From Alphaproteobacteria bacterium (GTDB lineage: Bacteria; Pseudomonadota; Alphaproteobacteria; UBA9219), in the NCBI GenBank assembly GCA_013286365.1, contig JABDFY010000008.1:199-64198 (forward strand): a stretch of DNA of 64,000 nucleotides, given 5' to 3'. The first letter of the stretch is position 1, and each line of letters opens with the position of its first letter. The notes under the pieces are model-generated. The model had not been told where the DNA came from and did no database searches. It was given only the letters and a program-made list of their open reading frames with translations. Shown one piece after another: positions 1 to 11,650 of this stretch. The translations under genes and the position numbers were made by a program.

Positions 1-1225
<1,225 letters not shown>

Positions 1226-1407
1226 CTATTCAAGGCAAGTAGTATGTAAAAACATGTGTTAAATGCGATAAAGTCTGCTCAATACAGCTAAAAAGGTCAT
1301 CTACGCCAAAACATAATTTAAGGCGGCATTGGCACCAACGAACGAGGCCCGTTCGTGTTATTTCAGTGCCTACTTACTCATCAATTTTGACATTGAGGAC
1401 TAGCTTC

Positions 1408-1872
1408 TCACTCATTGTTGATTGCATGTAACTTAAGTACAAGTTGATGCGCGGAAAACATGCGGCGTCCAGAACCAGGGATTGGAAAGCTAATTTCCGT
1501 TGGCTCCCCTTCGGTTAAATCGCTAGGGCATATTACATAGGGTGTAAATTTACCAGGCGCTAAAGCATCTTTTCTTTCGTCCACGGAAAATGCCGCCAGA
1601 TTAATTGAAGTGATATTATCTTTCACCACGATATATTGCACACATACTGGGCTACCATCAGGATATCGAACCGGATTTCCTCGAGGATCTTGATCAAGTT
1701 TAGCATAAGAGTGAACAAAGTCTCCCGGTATCGGATCTCCAGGTACAGGTGGCGGCACGGCGGCGAGAGCACTTGTTGCCAAAGTTGCAGCTCGGGCGAA
1801 AGTCAATAATACACAAACATCTCTTGCTAAGAAGCGAATGGATTGCCGAATAAAATTTGTGATTTGAGCCAT
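1408..1872 (-). CDS. hypothetical secreted protein (ORF extends to 1893; MAQ start preferred)
   Basis: Intact ORF with a signal-like Ala-rich hydrophobic N-terminus (LLTFARAATLATSALAA) followed by a Pro-rich linker. No family recognised. Confidence 0.5.
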   Translation of the reverse strand: MAQITNFIRQSIRFLARDVCVLLTFARAATLATSALAAVPPPVPGDPIPGDFVHSYAKLDQDPRGNPVRYPDGSPVCVQYIVVKDNITSINLAAFSVDERKDALAPGKFTPYVICPSDLTEGEPTEISFPIPGSGRRMFSAHQLVLKLHAINNE

Positions 1873-2056
1873 AACTATCTTCCAAATAAACAAGCTATCT
1901 TAAAATTACCGCGTAGAATTTCTTACACTTTTTACAGCACGATGTTTATACTAACTTTAGTTTCATGGCCATATTTTTGTCGGAATGACCTCAAATAATA
2001 ATCACAAAATCATATAGTTAGCCTCCACACATTGAGAAGACCTGGATCATGAGCAA

Positions 2057-3361
2057 TTATCTTGTTTTTAGCCGCTGGCGCAAGGCTCCCCAATAATCGA
2101 GGCGTTTTTTTATTTCGCGCTCAAATCCGCGATCGGTAGGACGATAAAATTCCTTTCGCTCCATTGTATCTGGAAAATAATTTTGGCCTGAAAACGCGTC
2201 CTCGGTGTTGTGATCATATTCATATCCTTCACCGTAACCGATATCTTTCATCAACTTTGTTGGCGCATTGAGAATATGTTTTGGAGGCATCAACGAGCCG
2301 AATTCTTTGGCAGCACGCATAGCCTCGCCGAGGGCTATATAGCCCGCATTGGATTTAGGAGCCGTTGCTAAATATATAACCAACTCAGCAATAGCCAGTT
2401 CGCCTTCAGGGCTACCCATGCGTTCATATGCCTCCCAAGCCGAAAGTGCGATTGGGAGAGCTTGGGGATCGGCAAGACCTATATCTTCACTTGCAAAACG
2501 CGTGAGGCGTCTTGCAATGTAACGTGGGTCTTCGCCACCGCTTAACATGCGCGCGAGCCAATATAGCGCCGCATCACAATCCGAACCGCGCAGCGACTTA
2601 TGCAGTGCACTGATCAAGTTGTAATGACTTTCCTGGGCTTTATCATAGAGCGGACGCCTGCGTTGAACGAAGTCGGCCAATGTTTGTGGATCGAGTTCTC
2701 TCTCTTGAGGTAATGTCAGGAGTTCTTCCGCCATCGTCAAAATATAACGTCCATCGCCGTCCGCCATGGCTTTTAAGGCCGTACGCGCTTCATTATTAAG
2801 CGGCAATTTGCGTTTTGCCATCTGTTCAGCACGCGCAAGCAGCAACTCAAGGGCCGCATCATCGAGGCGGTTAAGCACCAAAACTTGGCAACGTGATAGA
2901 AGAGCGCCGTTCAACTCAAACGACGGATTTTCGGTTGTAGCACCGACTAAAACTACAGTTCCGTCTTCAACATAAGGCAATAAAACGTCCTGTTGTGCCC
3001 GATTGAAGCGATGAATTTCATCAATAAAAAGCAGCGTGCCCTGTCCTGAAGCGCGCCTACCTTGGGCGGATTCGAATATTTTGCGCAAATCGGCAACGCC
3101 AGAAGCTACGGCCGATACAGGCTCGAAATAAAGGCCAACGGCTTCGGCTAAAAGACGCGCAATCGTCGTTTTACCGCAACCAGGCGGACCCCAGAAGATA
3201 ATCGACGATAAACGTTTGCCTGCAACCATCCGGCCAATGGGCGCTGCTTGAGATAAAATGTGATCTTGTCCAACGACATCGACAATCTTTTGTGGGCGCA
3301 AACGATCTGCCAATGGCCGCGGCACAGTCTCTGAAAATAGAGATGGCGCAGCTTTACTCAC
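2057..3361 (-). CDS. rarA: replication-associated recombination protein A (AAA+ ATPase)
   Basis: 434 aa. Walker A is GPPGCGKTT and Walker B is LFIDEIHRFN. The MgsA C-terminal region reads HYNLISALHKSLRGSD...YWLARM. The GTG start overlaps the htrA-like stop as GTGA. Confidence 0.9.
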   Translation of the reverse strand: MSKAAPSLFSETVPRPLADRLRPQKIVDVVGQDHILSQAAPIGRMVAGKRLSSIIFWGPPGCGKTTIARLLAEAVGLYFEPVSAVASGVADLRKIFESAQGRRASGQGTLLFIDEIHRFNRAQQDVLLPYVEDGTVVLVGATTENPSFELNGALLSRCQVLVLNRLDDAALELLLARAEQMAKRKLPLNNEARTALKAMADGDGRYILTMAEELLTLPQERELDPQTLADFVQRRRPLYDKAQESHYNLISALHKSLRGSDCDAALYWLARMLSGGEDPRYIARRLTRFASEDIGLADPQALPIALSAWEAYERMGSPEGELAIAELVIYLATAPKSNAGYIALGEAMRAAKEFGSLMPPKHILNAPTKLMKDIGYGEGYEYDHNTEDAFSGQNYFPDTMERKEFYRPTDRGFEREIKKRLDYWGALRQRLKTR

Positions 3362-4782
3362 CCGCTGACCATGATTGTAAGCGTATTATCGCCGCGTTTG
3401 ATCTGTACGCGCCAACCTTTGGTGCTCGCGTTGACAGCCGCTAGGGCTGTGCTTACAGAATCTACTTTCTCATCATTGACAGCCGTGATGACATCACCGA
3501 TCTGCAATCCAATGCTTACGGCGAGCGTATTGTCTTTAAGGCTGATGACAACAGCCCCTCTTTCGATACTGTGAATATTCATCTCTTCGCCTAAGGCCGG
3601 CGACAAATTGGCGATCGTAGCCCCTGTTAAGGGGTTGCGTCCGCCGACAATGGTCTGCTCGCGCGGTGGATCTTCTGGAGGTGCTATGAGATTGATTTGA
3701 ATGTCTGATTTTTGCCCCTGACGCATGATACCGAGATCAGCCATTGAGCCGATGGGCAGTGTGGCTATGCGATATTGAAACGCGTCGGGCCCATCGACAG
3801 TGCGATTGTTGACGGACGTCACGACATCGCCAATGCGAAGACCCGCTTTGCGTGCCGGGCTGAGCGAATGAAGGTCGTTGACCAACATGCCGCTAGGTTG
3901 CGACATACTTAAAGAAGACGCCAACGCTGGCGTAACTTCTTGGCCCCCCACCCCTGTCCATGGCCGCACAACGGTTTTGATGCCTTGGGCGACGGCATTA
4001 ATGAGGGCGCGCACCATATTGGATGGAACGGCAAAACCTATACCGATATTGCCGCCGCTTTGCGAATAAATGGAAGAATTGATGCCTATAAGCTTGCCAT
4101 CCATCGTAACGAGCGCGCCACCGGAGTTTCCAGGATTAATGGCAGCATCGGTTTGAATAAAATAATTCAAATCATGCGTGCCGACACCGGTACGCGCCAA
4201 CGCCGAAATAATACCGCTGGTTACCGTCTGGCCAACACCAAAAGGATCACCAATAGCCAACACTAAATCGCCTACCTGGGCTTCATCAGAGTCTCTCAGT
4301 TCGATGTAAGGTAAATGCTCGCCCTTGATTTCAACCCGCAATACGGCCAAATCAGAGTGGTCATCTGAAGTTATGACTTTGGCATCAAATTCACGCCTGT
4401 CTGACAAAACAACCTTGACTTGATCGGCCCCTTGAATGACGTGATTGCTGGTTACAATGAGACCATCTGATCTTACGATGACACCTGATCCAAGAGAGTC
4501 TTGCAGCCTTTGGCGATTGAAACCGGGCGGCATGGAGCCCTCGAAAAACTGACGAAAGAACGGATCATCTAACAAGGGCGAAACGACGCGTTGCTGTATG
4601 ACTTTAGAGGCATAGATATTGACGACGGCTGGCGCCACCTGTTTGACGAGTGGGGCATAGCTGAAGGTAATCTGTTGCCGAGTTTCGGGCACTTGCTGGC
4701 TCTGAGCAAAGCTGCCGCTACTACCGAAGAGCGTTATCGCTAGTATCAGAAGGACGATACTTGTTACGTTAAGTTTCATCAT
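3358..4782 (-). CDS. htrA: periplasmic serine endoprotease, DegP/HtrA family (protease domain plus two PDZ-like regions)
   Basis: Has a signal peptide, the catalytic motifs TSNHV...DLAVL...GNSGGAL, and two PDZ-like segments. The ORF track begins at a TTG at 4809; I prefer the ATG at 4782. Confidence 0.9.
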   Translation of the reverse strand: MMKLNVTSIVLLILAITLFGSSGSFAQSQQVPETRQQITFSYAPLVKQVAPAVVNIYASKVIQQRVVSPLLDDPFFRQFFEGSMPPGFNRQRLQDSLGSGVIVRSDGLIVTSNHVIQGADQVKVVLSDRREFDAKVITSDDHSDLAVLRVEIKGEHLPYIELRDSDEAQVGDLVLAIGDPFGVGQTVTSGIISALARTGVGTHDLNYFIQTDAAINPGNSGGALVTMDGKLIGINSSIYSQSGGNIGIGFAVPSNMVRALINAVAQGIKTVVRPWTGVGGQEVTPALASSLSMSQPSGMLVNDLHSLSPARKAGLRIGDVVTSVNNRTVDGPDAFQYRIATLPIGSMADLGIMRQGQKSDIQINLIAPPEDPPREQTIVGGRNPLTGATIANLSPALGEEMNIHSIERGAVVISLKDNTLAVSIGLQIGDVITAVNDEKVDSVSTALAAVNASTKGWRVQIKRGDNTLTIMVSG

Positions 4783-4851
4783 GGCTAGGAACAAGATAGT
4801 AAGCCACAAGGCCCTTGTGAATACCGCAGGTGATAATTTTATAGGCCTTTA

Positions 4852-5136
4852 TTATCTGCCCTTACAGGAGGGCAGGCACTCCTGCAGGGAGTTCCTACAA
4901 TCAGCTGCGGCACCAACCATACCTGGGGGCATGCCCTCGATTGTTTTCTGGGCTGGATCGCTGTCCATGCAGCGTGAATAGTCGTCATTGCAGGAATGGA
5001 CACAGAGCTCGCGGTCACTCTCGATGACCGTGGTTTCGCCGGCTTTATTGGTATAGGTTTCTTCTTTGGATCCGCCAAAAGTGCACGCCGTTAAAGTGCC
5101 TAGCAGGAACAACAGGAGGCAGCGATTGACGCGCAT
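4852..5136 (-). CDS. small Cys-rich lipoprotein (94 aa), translationally coupled to rplQ
   Basis: Has the lipobox LGTLTAC and six further Cys in the mature part. Its ATG overlaps the rplQ TAA as TAATG at 5134-5138. Confidence 0.55.
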   Translation of the reverse strand: MRVNRCLLLFLLGTLTACTFGGSKEETYTNKAGETTVIESDRELCVHSCNDDYSRCMDSDPAQKTIEGMPPGMVGAAADCRNSLQECLPSCKGR

Positions 5137-5570
5137 TAAACGTGTGCCTCGTTCATTTCTTTTTCAGTCTGCTTGGTAGCAGCCTCAATGTCCTTACGGC
5201 CTTTAGCTTCTGGATCGCGATCAATAAGCTCAATAACACTCATCGCAGCCGCGTCACCATAACGGAAACCAGCTTTCAATACGCGGGTATAACCTCCGGA
5301 ACGCTTCTCGTACCGCTTTGATAAAATATCAAACAGTTTGCGTACACTTTCCTCATCACGAAGAATTGCATGCGCGCGACGACGATTAGCCAAGCCGCCT
5401 TTTTTGCCCAAGGTAATCAGCCTTTCAACAACAGGACGAAGATCTTTCGCTTTCGGCAACGTTGTGCGGATCTGTTCGTTCTGGATAAGTGCAACAGCCA
5501 TATTGGCGAACATCGCTTGACGATGGCTGCTCGTTCTGTTGAGCTTACGGCCGGCAATTGCGTGACGCAT
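5136..5570 (-). CDS. rplQ: 50S ribosomal protein L17
   Basis: Starts [21 protein letters not shown], a canonical L17 N-terminus. Position after rpoA is as expected. Confidence 0.95.
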   Translation of the reverse strand: MRHAIAGRKLNRTSSHRQAMFANMAVALIQNEQIRTTLPKAKDLRPVVERLITLGKKGGLANRRRAHAILRDEESVRKLFDILSKRYEKRSGGYTRVLKAGFRYGDAAAMSVIELIDRDPEAKGRKDIEAATKQTEKEMNEAHV

Positions 5571-5692
5571 AGCGTGTCCTTCCCTTTGGCTTGGCCCCTG
5601 TGATGAGTTTCATGTGAAACTTTCTTGCAGGAACCGATTAAGTATAGGCTCTAACCTGAAGTTTTACTTTGCAGTATTAGAACCCAATTAAT

Positions 5693-6706
5693 TTAAAATG
5701 GCTCTTCAAGCCTTTTAGCAAGATCTTCGATGTTTTCAGGTGGCCAGTTGGGAATTTGCATGCCCAAATTTAAACCCATTTGCGAAAGAACTTCTTTGAT
5801 CTCGTTGAGACTTTTGCGACCAAAATTTGGCGTACGCAGCATCTCGCCTTCACTCTTTTGCACCAAGTCGCCGATATAAACGATGTTGTCGTTCTTGAGG
5901 CAGTTGGCTGAACGTACAGAAAGTTCCAACTCATCAACCTTGCGCAACAGATTACGATTGAACGGTAATTCACCAACAGCTTCTTGCTGCATGGCTTGCT
6001 TGGGTTCTTCAAAGTTGATGAAGAGCTGCAATTGGTCTTGAAGAATGCGCGCCGCAACGGCGATTGCATCTTCAGGCGTGATCGAGCCATCGGTTTCAAC
6101 CGTCATCGACAATTTATCATAGTCGGTAACTTGTCCTACGCGGCTGTTCTCAACTTTGTAAGCAACTTTGCGAACTGGACTAAAAAGAGCGTCAATAGGT
6201 ATCAAGCCAATAGGCGTGTCTTCCTTGCGTAACGCGGCAGCAGGTATGTACCCGCGACCACTGTCGACGGTCATTTCCATCACCAGCTTTGCCGCACGAT
6301 CGAGTGTGCAAATGACGAGATCTGGATTCATAATTTCGATATCTGAGCTGGTCTCGATCTGTTTGGCCGTAACTTCACCAGGGCCATCTGCGCGCAAACG
6401 GATTTTACGCGGCCCCTCGCTGTGCATGCGAAGCGCCAAGGCCTTGATATTCAGAACGATGTCGGTAACGTCTTCGCGAACGCCGGGGATGCTCGAAAAT
6501 TCATGCAAAACACCCTCGATCTGGATCGATGTTACAGCGGCGCCCTGCAACGAGGATAGCAATATCCTGCGCAGCGCATTGCCGAGCGTCATACCAAAGC
6601 CGCGTTCCAACGGTTCGGCGACAACAGTTGCTACACGTTTCGGATCATCCGACGTGTGAATCTGCTTGGTTGCCTGAATGAGTGATTTCCAGTTTCTTTG
6701 CAACAC
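5693..6706 (-). CDS. rpoA: DNA-directed RNA polymerase subunit alpha
   Basis: 337 aa. Contains [17 protein letters not shown] and the C-terminal domain segment [15 protein letters not shown] start. Confidence 0.97.
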   Translation of the reverse strand: MLQRNWKSLIQATKQIHTSDDPKRVATVVAEPLERGFGMTLGNALRRILLSSLQGAAVTSIQIEGVLHEFSSIPGVREDVTDIVLNIKALALRMHSEGPRKIRLRADGPGEVTAKQIETSSDIEIMNPDLVICTLDRAAKLVMEMTVDSGRGYIPAAALRKEDTPIGLIPIDALFSPVRKVAYKVENSRVGQVTDYDKLSMTVETDGSITPEDAIAVAARILQDQLQLFINFEEPKQAMQQEAVGELPFNRNLLRKVDELELSVRSANCLKNDNIVYIGDLVQKSEGEMLRTPNFGRKSLNEIKEVLSQMGLNLGMQIPNWPPENIEDLAKRLEEPF

Positions 6707-6757
6707 GGCTTACCCTCTTTCGTTCGAGAAAACAGTTAATCGTTAAAACAATACTGA

Positions 6758-7186
6758 CTACACACGCCGTCTTTTAGGGGCACGGCAACCATTGTGCGGT
6801 ATAGGCGTCACGTCGCGGATCGACGTGATCGAAAAACCGACTGCCTGCAAGGCACGTAAGGCCGATTCGCGTCCTGCCCCTGGCCCCTTAACTTCAACCT
6901 CGATGGTGCGTACGCCATGCTCCATCGCTTTACGTCCCGCATCCTCAGCCGCCACCTGCGCCGCATAGGGCGTGGATTTACGCGAACCTTTAAAGCCCAT
7001 CAAACCGGAGGATGACCAAGCGATCGCATTTCCCTGCGCATCGGCTATGGTGATAATCGTATTATTGAAACTTGCATTCACATGACACGTACCGTTGACG
7101 ATATTCTTACGTTCGCGGCGACGACGTGCGACGGGTGCTGCCGACGTCTTCTGGTCTGATGCTGCTGGTTTTTCTTGCTTAGCCAT
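6758..7186 (-). CDS. rpsK: 30S ribosomal protein S11 (with N-terminal extension)
   Basis: The S11 core reads [13 protein letters not shown]...[14 protein letters not shown]. Confidence 0.96.
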   Translation of the reverse strand: MAKQEKPAASDQKTSAAPVARRRRERKNIVNGTCHVNASFNNTIITIADAQGNAIAWSSSGLMGFKGSRKSTPYAAQVAAEDAGRKAMEHGVRTIEVEVKGPGAGRESALRALQAVGFSITSIRDVTPIPHNGCRAPKRRRV

Positions 7187-7211
7187 ATATGCGATCCATT
7201 ATCCTGTATGA

Positions 7212-7592
7212 TTATTTCTTGGTTGCAATCTTCTTGCCGGCAATCGGCTTAGCTTTACCTTTACGCGTGCGTGCATTGGTGTGCGTGCGTTGACCGCGAA
7301 CCGGCAAACCCTTGCGATGACGCAAGCCACGATAACAACCAAGGTCCATGAGACGTTTGATGTTCATCGCAACTTCGCGACGTAAGTCGCCTTCGACTTT
7401 GTAATTTTTGTCGATATCTTCGCGAATGCGGAGAACTTCAGATTCCGTCAACTGATTGACACGCTTGGTAGCGGTAACACCGACGCGTTCGCAAATCTCA
7501 AGAGCATTGGTAGGTCCAATGCCATAAATATAGCGCAACGCAATGTGCAAAGGTTTTGCTGCGGGAATATTTACACCTGCAATACGAGCCAC
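7212..7592 (-). CDS. rpsM: 30S ribosomal protein S13
   Basis: The conserved S13 start (V)ARIAGVNIP sits at an internal GTG. The 45 upstream codons of the ORF are not S13-like. Confidence 0.93.
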   Translation of the reverse strand: MARIAGVNIPAAKPLHIALRYIYGIGPTNALEICERVGVTATKRVNQLTESEVLRIREDIDKNYKVEGDLRREVAMNIKRLMDLGCYRGLRHRKGLPVRGQRTHTNARTRKGKAKPIAGKKIATKK

Positions 7593-7867
7593 ACGTCTCT
7601 CCTTCATCCATAAAAACAGCAAACCGCCGCCCTGACGCCATCGTCCGAGGCGCCGGCGACGATAATTCCAGTTGTCGCAACCGCTTTGCGCTACGCGCAA
7701 CCGCCACTGCGATGCATCAAAAAGCACAAAAAGAAACCCTGCCCCGTCTTTGGGGCCGAGACGCGCGAGTATAGGGATGGATTGTTAACTGTCAAGCCAA
7801 ACGGCAGCTAAGAAAAACTCTAGTTTTATTTGTTATTTCAAATAGATAAAGGAAGTTTTTCACGGCT

Positions 7868-9679
7868 TTAAGCATGGATGGCGTGAATCTTAGGGTCTGA
7901 ATTTACGTTCATACTGAGAATATAGGGAATACGGATATCAAAACGTGCCCCTTGATAGAGACTTGATGAGACCTTGATCGAGCCCCCCAATAGCCTCACT
8001 TCGCGCTCAACCGCCTCCATGCCAACGCCGTGCCCCGACAACTCATTGATGTCATCACGCGTTGAGATGCCCCATGAAAAGATATGTTGAATGACCGTTT
8101 GATCGTCTTCAAACCGCCACGCCCCATTAGGATCGCTCGCGGCCAACTTGGCACGGACACGCGACGGATCGATACCATTACCGTCATCGCTGATTACAAT
8201 GCGCAGCCATTCTTTCTTTTCATCACCGATAACAATTTCGGTATGAATAGCAACTTGGCCCATGGGATCTTTGCCGCGCGCTAAACGTGTTACAGGGGCT
8301 TCGATACCATGATCGGCAATATTGCGACAGACGTGCGTCAGCGAGAATAACAAGCCCTGAATAGGTTGTGTCAGCACACGTGGATTACTGCCCGTGTAAC
8401 GGATCGGTTTCACTTGTTTACCCATGATGGCGGCAAGCTCTTGTAATTCACGGTCAAAAGAACGAAAACAATCATTGATCGGAACGGCCGCAATCGAGCT
8501 TAGAAACCGACGCACAAGTTCGGGATCTGCGTGCCTGGCTTCCATCTCACGCGCAAAATCATAAACCGTCGCTTCTTCAATTTCATGCATATTGCCGCGC
8601 CACTCATAATCGCTACCGATCAAGTCGCGCACTTCGTTCATGACACGCGCAAGGCCAGCAGCAACTTTTTGACGGCCGGCACTGAGCTCCAATTGAAAAG
8701 CTTCATCGGTAACAATCGCTTCGCTACGCAAATCTTTTTCAATCTGATTAATAATATCGCCTAGTTCTACTAAACTAAAATGTTTAACCGTTGCCTTTAA
8801 AGTGTGCAGTGAGCGTAATATAGGCGCCGCCTCTTCGCGCTTAACTTTGGGCCCTTCGGCAGCTTCTAGAAACTCGCGTAACTGAGTTAGGGTCGCGCGG
8901 AACTGATTGCGTTCCCTGAAGATGCGGCAAATCATGTTGGCAAAGTTCTGTTGTTGTTTGGCGCGTTGCTGCGCTTCATATTCTTCGGTTTGGTCGGTGG
9001 CAATGACCACGACTTGCATGAGAGATCCGTCTTTGGCCCGAATGGGACGATACATCAGACTGATGCGACGGCCTTGGCTGTGCGGGAAGAACTGAGGCAT
9101 AAAGGCGATAACGTCATCAAAACCAAGGGCATGGTTGGGCATAAACAGAACGTCCATCCAGTCCTTAAAATCAACGCGCTGAGCTTCAGGTATATGCAGC
9201 ACATCTACGACGCTTTTATCCGCCGGAACTGTTTCAAGTAAATCGATACAGGCCTGGGAATAGACCGGACCACATTTGCCTTCAATATCGAATACGAGAA
9301 ACCCCTGACCTAGACTATTAACGAGAACTTCTGTCAACCGCGCTTGTTGACTGACATGCTCATGAACACGGTAGTTCATGTAGTAAAGTCCAGCAATGCC
9401 CACAAAGGCAGCCAAGGTCATGATGACAAAAGCGAAAACCTGGTTGACAGGAGGGTAGCCAAAGACCGGCAACGCCACCGCATACAGCAACATCAGAACA
9501 ATGGCCGTCATGCCGGCAAGAGACGTATGAATGATGTCAACCTGGCGGATGGCTTCCGTCAGCACCGTTTTATTTTCGGCGTTAGCGCGCGATGGCTGCA
9601 CGTCCTTTGCCATGCCCGCGGAAGCTGAAGAAGTCTTTTTTTTGGAAGTATGGAACATGGCAGTCCATTTTTCCGCCAT
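7868..9679 (-). CDS. membrane-anchored CheA-type histidine kinase (TM-TM, PAS-like, HPt, HATPase; no CheW-like P5 domain)
   Basis: 603 aa with two hydrophobic helices near residues 55-100. The HPt-like site is LHTLKATVKHF. The CheA-type N-box is HVCRNIADHGIE, G1 is SDDGNGID and G2 is SGHGVGM. The protein ends about 45 aa after G2. Confidence 0.8.
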   Translation of the reverse strand: MAEKWTAMFHTSKKKTSSASAGMAKDVQPSRANAENKTVLTEAIRQVDIIHTSLAGMTAIVLMLLYAVALPVFGYPPVNQVFAFVIMTLAAFVGIAGLYYMNYRVHEHVSQQARLTEVLVNSLGQGFLVFDIEGKCGPVYSQACIDLLETVPADKSVVDVLHIPEAQRVDFKDWMDVLFMPNHALGFDDVIAFMPQFFPHSQGRRISLMYRPIRAKDGSLMQVVVIATDQTEEYEAQQRAKQQQNFANMICRIFRERNQFRATLTQLREFLEAAEGPKVKREEAAPILRSLHTLKATVKHFSLVELGDIINQIEKDLRSEAIVTDEAFQLELSAGRQKVAAGLARVMNEVRDLIGSDYEWRGNMHEIEEATVYDFAREMEARHADPELVRRFLSSIAAVPINDCFRSFDRELQELAAIMGKQVKPIRYTGSNPRVLTQPIQGLLFSLTHVCRNIADHGIEAPVTRLARGKDPMGQVAIHTEIVIGDEKKEWLRIVISDDGNGIDPSRVRAKLAASDPNGAWRFEDDQTVIQHIFSWGISTRDDINELSGHGVGMEAVEREVRLLGGSIKVSSSLYQGARFDIRIPYILSMNVNSDPKIHAIHA

Positions 9680-9681
9680 GC

Positions 9682-10242
9682 TTAATGCGGTTTGTTGTCG
9701 TTATGACTGGTATGCAAGGCGATATGCACCTGAAACAATTGGCCATCAAGATGAAAAGGTACGATCATGTATTTGCCGCGATGGAATTGACTGACAAAGT
9801 GCCCACGACCGGTCACCACGCTTGGAATACCAAGTTTGAGATTGTAACCGCGGCGATTTAGATCGGCTTTGACCTGACCAAAAATCATATTAGTAATTTC
9901 GCCTACAGCATCAACAGCCATTTCATGCGTAACGGAAACTGACTTACCAATAACTTGAGGCAAAATATCACGCACCGTTTCAAAGGTCAGACAGAGGGTT
10001 AAAGTACCCTCGAGATAGTTTTGGGCCATACCAATAACGCCTGAAACGTCACCAACCAAGGAGACCATTCCCTCGCCGATCTCATAGACACCGGGCGTCA
10101 CTTCGGCGGCAAAGGTCTCGCGCATAGCGTTACAAACAGCCGCTGAAATATCTTTGGCGAGCTGTTCATCTAACGCCAGATGTACATTTTGCGACATGGC
10201 TTTCCCCTGCACTTCCTGTTTAGCGTCGATGCCCTTATCCAT
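9682..10242 (-). CDS. CheX/CheC-family CheY-P phosphatase-like protein
   Basis: Contains DAVGEITNMIFGQ...PSVVTG, which matches the E-x2-N phosphatase motif and CheX layout. The start is uncertain; the alternative is the internal Met at 10197. Confidence 0.65.
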   Translation of the reverse strand: MDKGIDAKQEVQGKAMSQNVHLALDEQLAKDISAAVCNAMRETFAAEVTPGVYEIGEGMVSLVGDVSGVIGMAQNYLEGTLTLCLTFETVRDILPQVIGKSVSVTHEMAVDAVGEITNMIFGQVKADLNRRGYNLKLGIPSVVTGRGHFVSQFHRGKYMIVPFHLDGQLFQVHIALHTSHNDNKPH

Positions 10243-10672
10243 TCATAACCTGCGTCGTTTGGCGCTTGCGTTTAATCCACTCATTAATCTCAATAAGTTT
10301 TTTTCCCAAATCAGAAGGAGAAACCGGCTTAATAATATAAGAAGTCGCTCCCGCTTTAATCGCCTTCATGATGTTCTGTTGTTCAGACTCGGCCGTTAGC
10401 ATGACGAAGGCCGTGTCGGCATATTCTGGCTTGGCGCGGAAGTAACTTAGTACTTCCAGCCCAGAGATCGTTGGCATGTTCCAGTCGAGAAAAACGATGT
10501 CGTAGGACTGGTGCGCTTCATAAGCCTTTTGCACAAGGTCAATAGCTTCATTGCCATCGGCGGCCGTTTGCACATTGGTGATTTTCGATTCCTGCAAAGT
10601 ATTGCGAACAAATTGCCGGATCAAAAAATGATCGTCAGCAACTAGAACTTTAAGATTAGCTAATTGACTCAC
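10235..10672 (-). CDS. single-domain CheY-like response regulator
   Basis: 145 aa receiver domain with VADDH, the phospho-acceptor context FLDWNMP, and the conserved T (LTA) and K (KP) positions. Confidence 0.85.
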   Translation of the reverse strand: MSQLANLKVLVADDHFLIRQFVRNTLQESKITNVQTAADGNEAIDLVQKAYEAHQSYDIVFLDWNMPTISGLEVLSYFRAKPEYADTAFVMLTAESEQQNIMKAIKAGATSYIIKPVSPSDLGKKLIEINEWIKRKRQTTQVMNG

Positions 10673-10965
10673 GCTTCTTCTCCCTTATCGAAACAACTCA
10701 TCGAAGATCACATTTTTCACCCGGCTGGAAGCTAAGTGAAGAGAGGTAAGATTTGCGGCAAAAACCCCGAGCGATAGACACAAACTGCAAGCGCAATTTT
10801 TGGCATAAAAGTCTTGCCGTATGGTTAAGGATGGGCAAATGCAACAAAAGGAAGGAATTTATCACCTACAGATAAAGCTTTAATTTTAAGCTTTTCCTAA
10901 GAAAGATGATCTGATTTTTTACCAACAAAGGCAAGGGGGGCGGGGTGCTTCTAAAAACACAAGAA

Positions 10966-11625
10966 TCAGGACTTTTTAGCCATCTCAAGGATAGACTCAA
11001 TCTTTTCTTGGACTTCTTTCATCGATGCCATGCCATCGACAATATGGAGAAGGTTTTTTCCTTTATAATAAGGCAAAATGGGTGCCGTTTGCTCATTAAA
11101 GGCCTTTAACCGCGTTTTAAGCACTTCAGCATTGTCGTCTGGGCGCCTGATAAACTCCTTATTGCCACATTCATCACAGACACCTGGAACTTTTGTCGGC
11201 ATAAATTTGTCATGATAGCCAGCGCCGCACTTGGCACATATAAATCGACCGGAAATTCGTTCAATCAGAGTGGCTTCGTCAACGCTGAGTTCAATGACGG
11301 CATCCAGTTTTTTATGCCGCGAGGCTAACATAACATCCAGCGCTTCGGCCTGCGGTACCGTTCGTGGAAATCCGTCGAGAATAAACCCCCGCGTGCAAGC
11401 AGGATGCTCGATACTGACCTCTATCATTTTGATCATTAATTGATCGGGAACTAATTTTCCTTGATCCATAATTTTTTTGGCTTCAACGCCGATAGGCTCG
11501 GCGCGCCGAATGGCGGCTCTGAGCATGTCACCTGTAGCTAACTGCAACATGCCGTATTTTTCTTCTAGAAAACGGGCCTGAGTGCCCTTTCCAGCTCCTG
11601 GTGGGCCTAGAAGAATAATATTCAT
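10966..11625 (-). CDS. adk: adenylate kinase (long form with four-Cys zinc-lid)
   Basis: P-loop is GPPGAGKGT. The lid reads CAKCGAGYH...CDECG. Confidence 0.95.
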   Translation of the reverse strand: MNIILLGPPGAGKGTQARFLEEKYGMLQLATGDMLRAAIRRAEPIGVEAKKIMDQGKLVPDQLMIKMIEVSIEHPACTRGFILDGFPRTVPQAEALDVMLASRHKKLDAVIELSVDEATLIERISGRFICAKCGAGYHDKFMPTKVPGVCDECGNKEFIRRPDDNAEVLKTRLKAFNEQTAPILPYYKGKNLLHIVDGMASMKEVQEKIESILEMAKKS

Positions 11626-11650
11626 ACGATTAACTCTCCCCGACTAAGAC

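Noticed and set aside
1337-1363. A 7-bp hairpin (ACGAACG/CGTTCGT) followed by TTATTT on the plus strand.
   Set aside because: The T-tract is on the plus strand, where no upstream gene exists. On the minus strand, downstream of the 1408 gene, no U-tract follows.
7593-7727. The N-terminal 45-codon extension of the rpsM ORF and the overlapping ORFs 7498-7707 and 7556-7774.
   Set aside because: The conserved S13 start (V/M)ARIAGVNIP lies at 7592. The extension is Arg/Trp-rich and non-conserved-looking.
10874-10894. An AT-rich palindrome (AAAGCTT-N7-AAGCTTT) downstream of adk, considered as a terminator or operator.
   Set aside because: The stem is weak and AT-only with no flanking U-tract. Such palindromes are common in AT-rich spacers.
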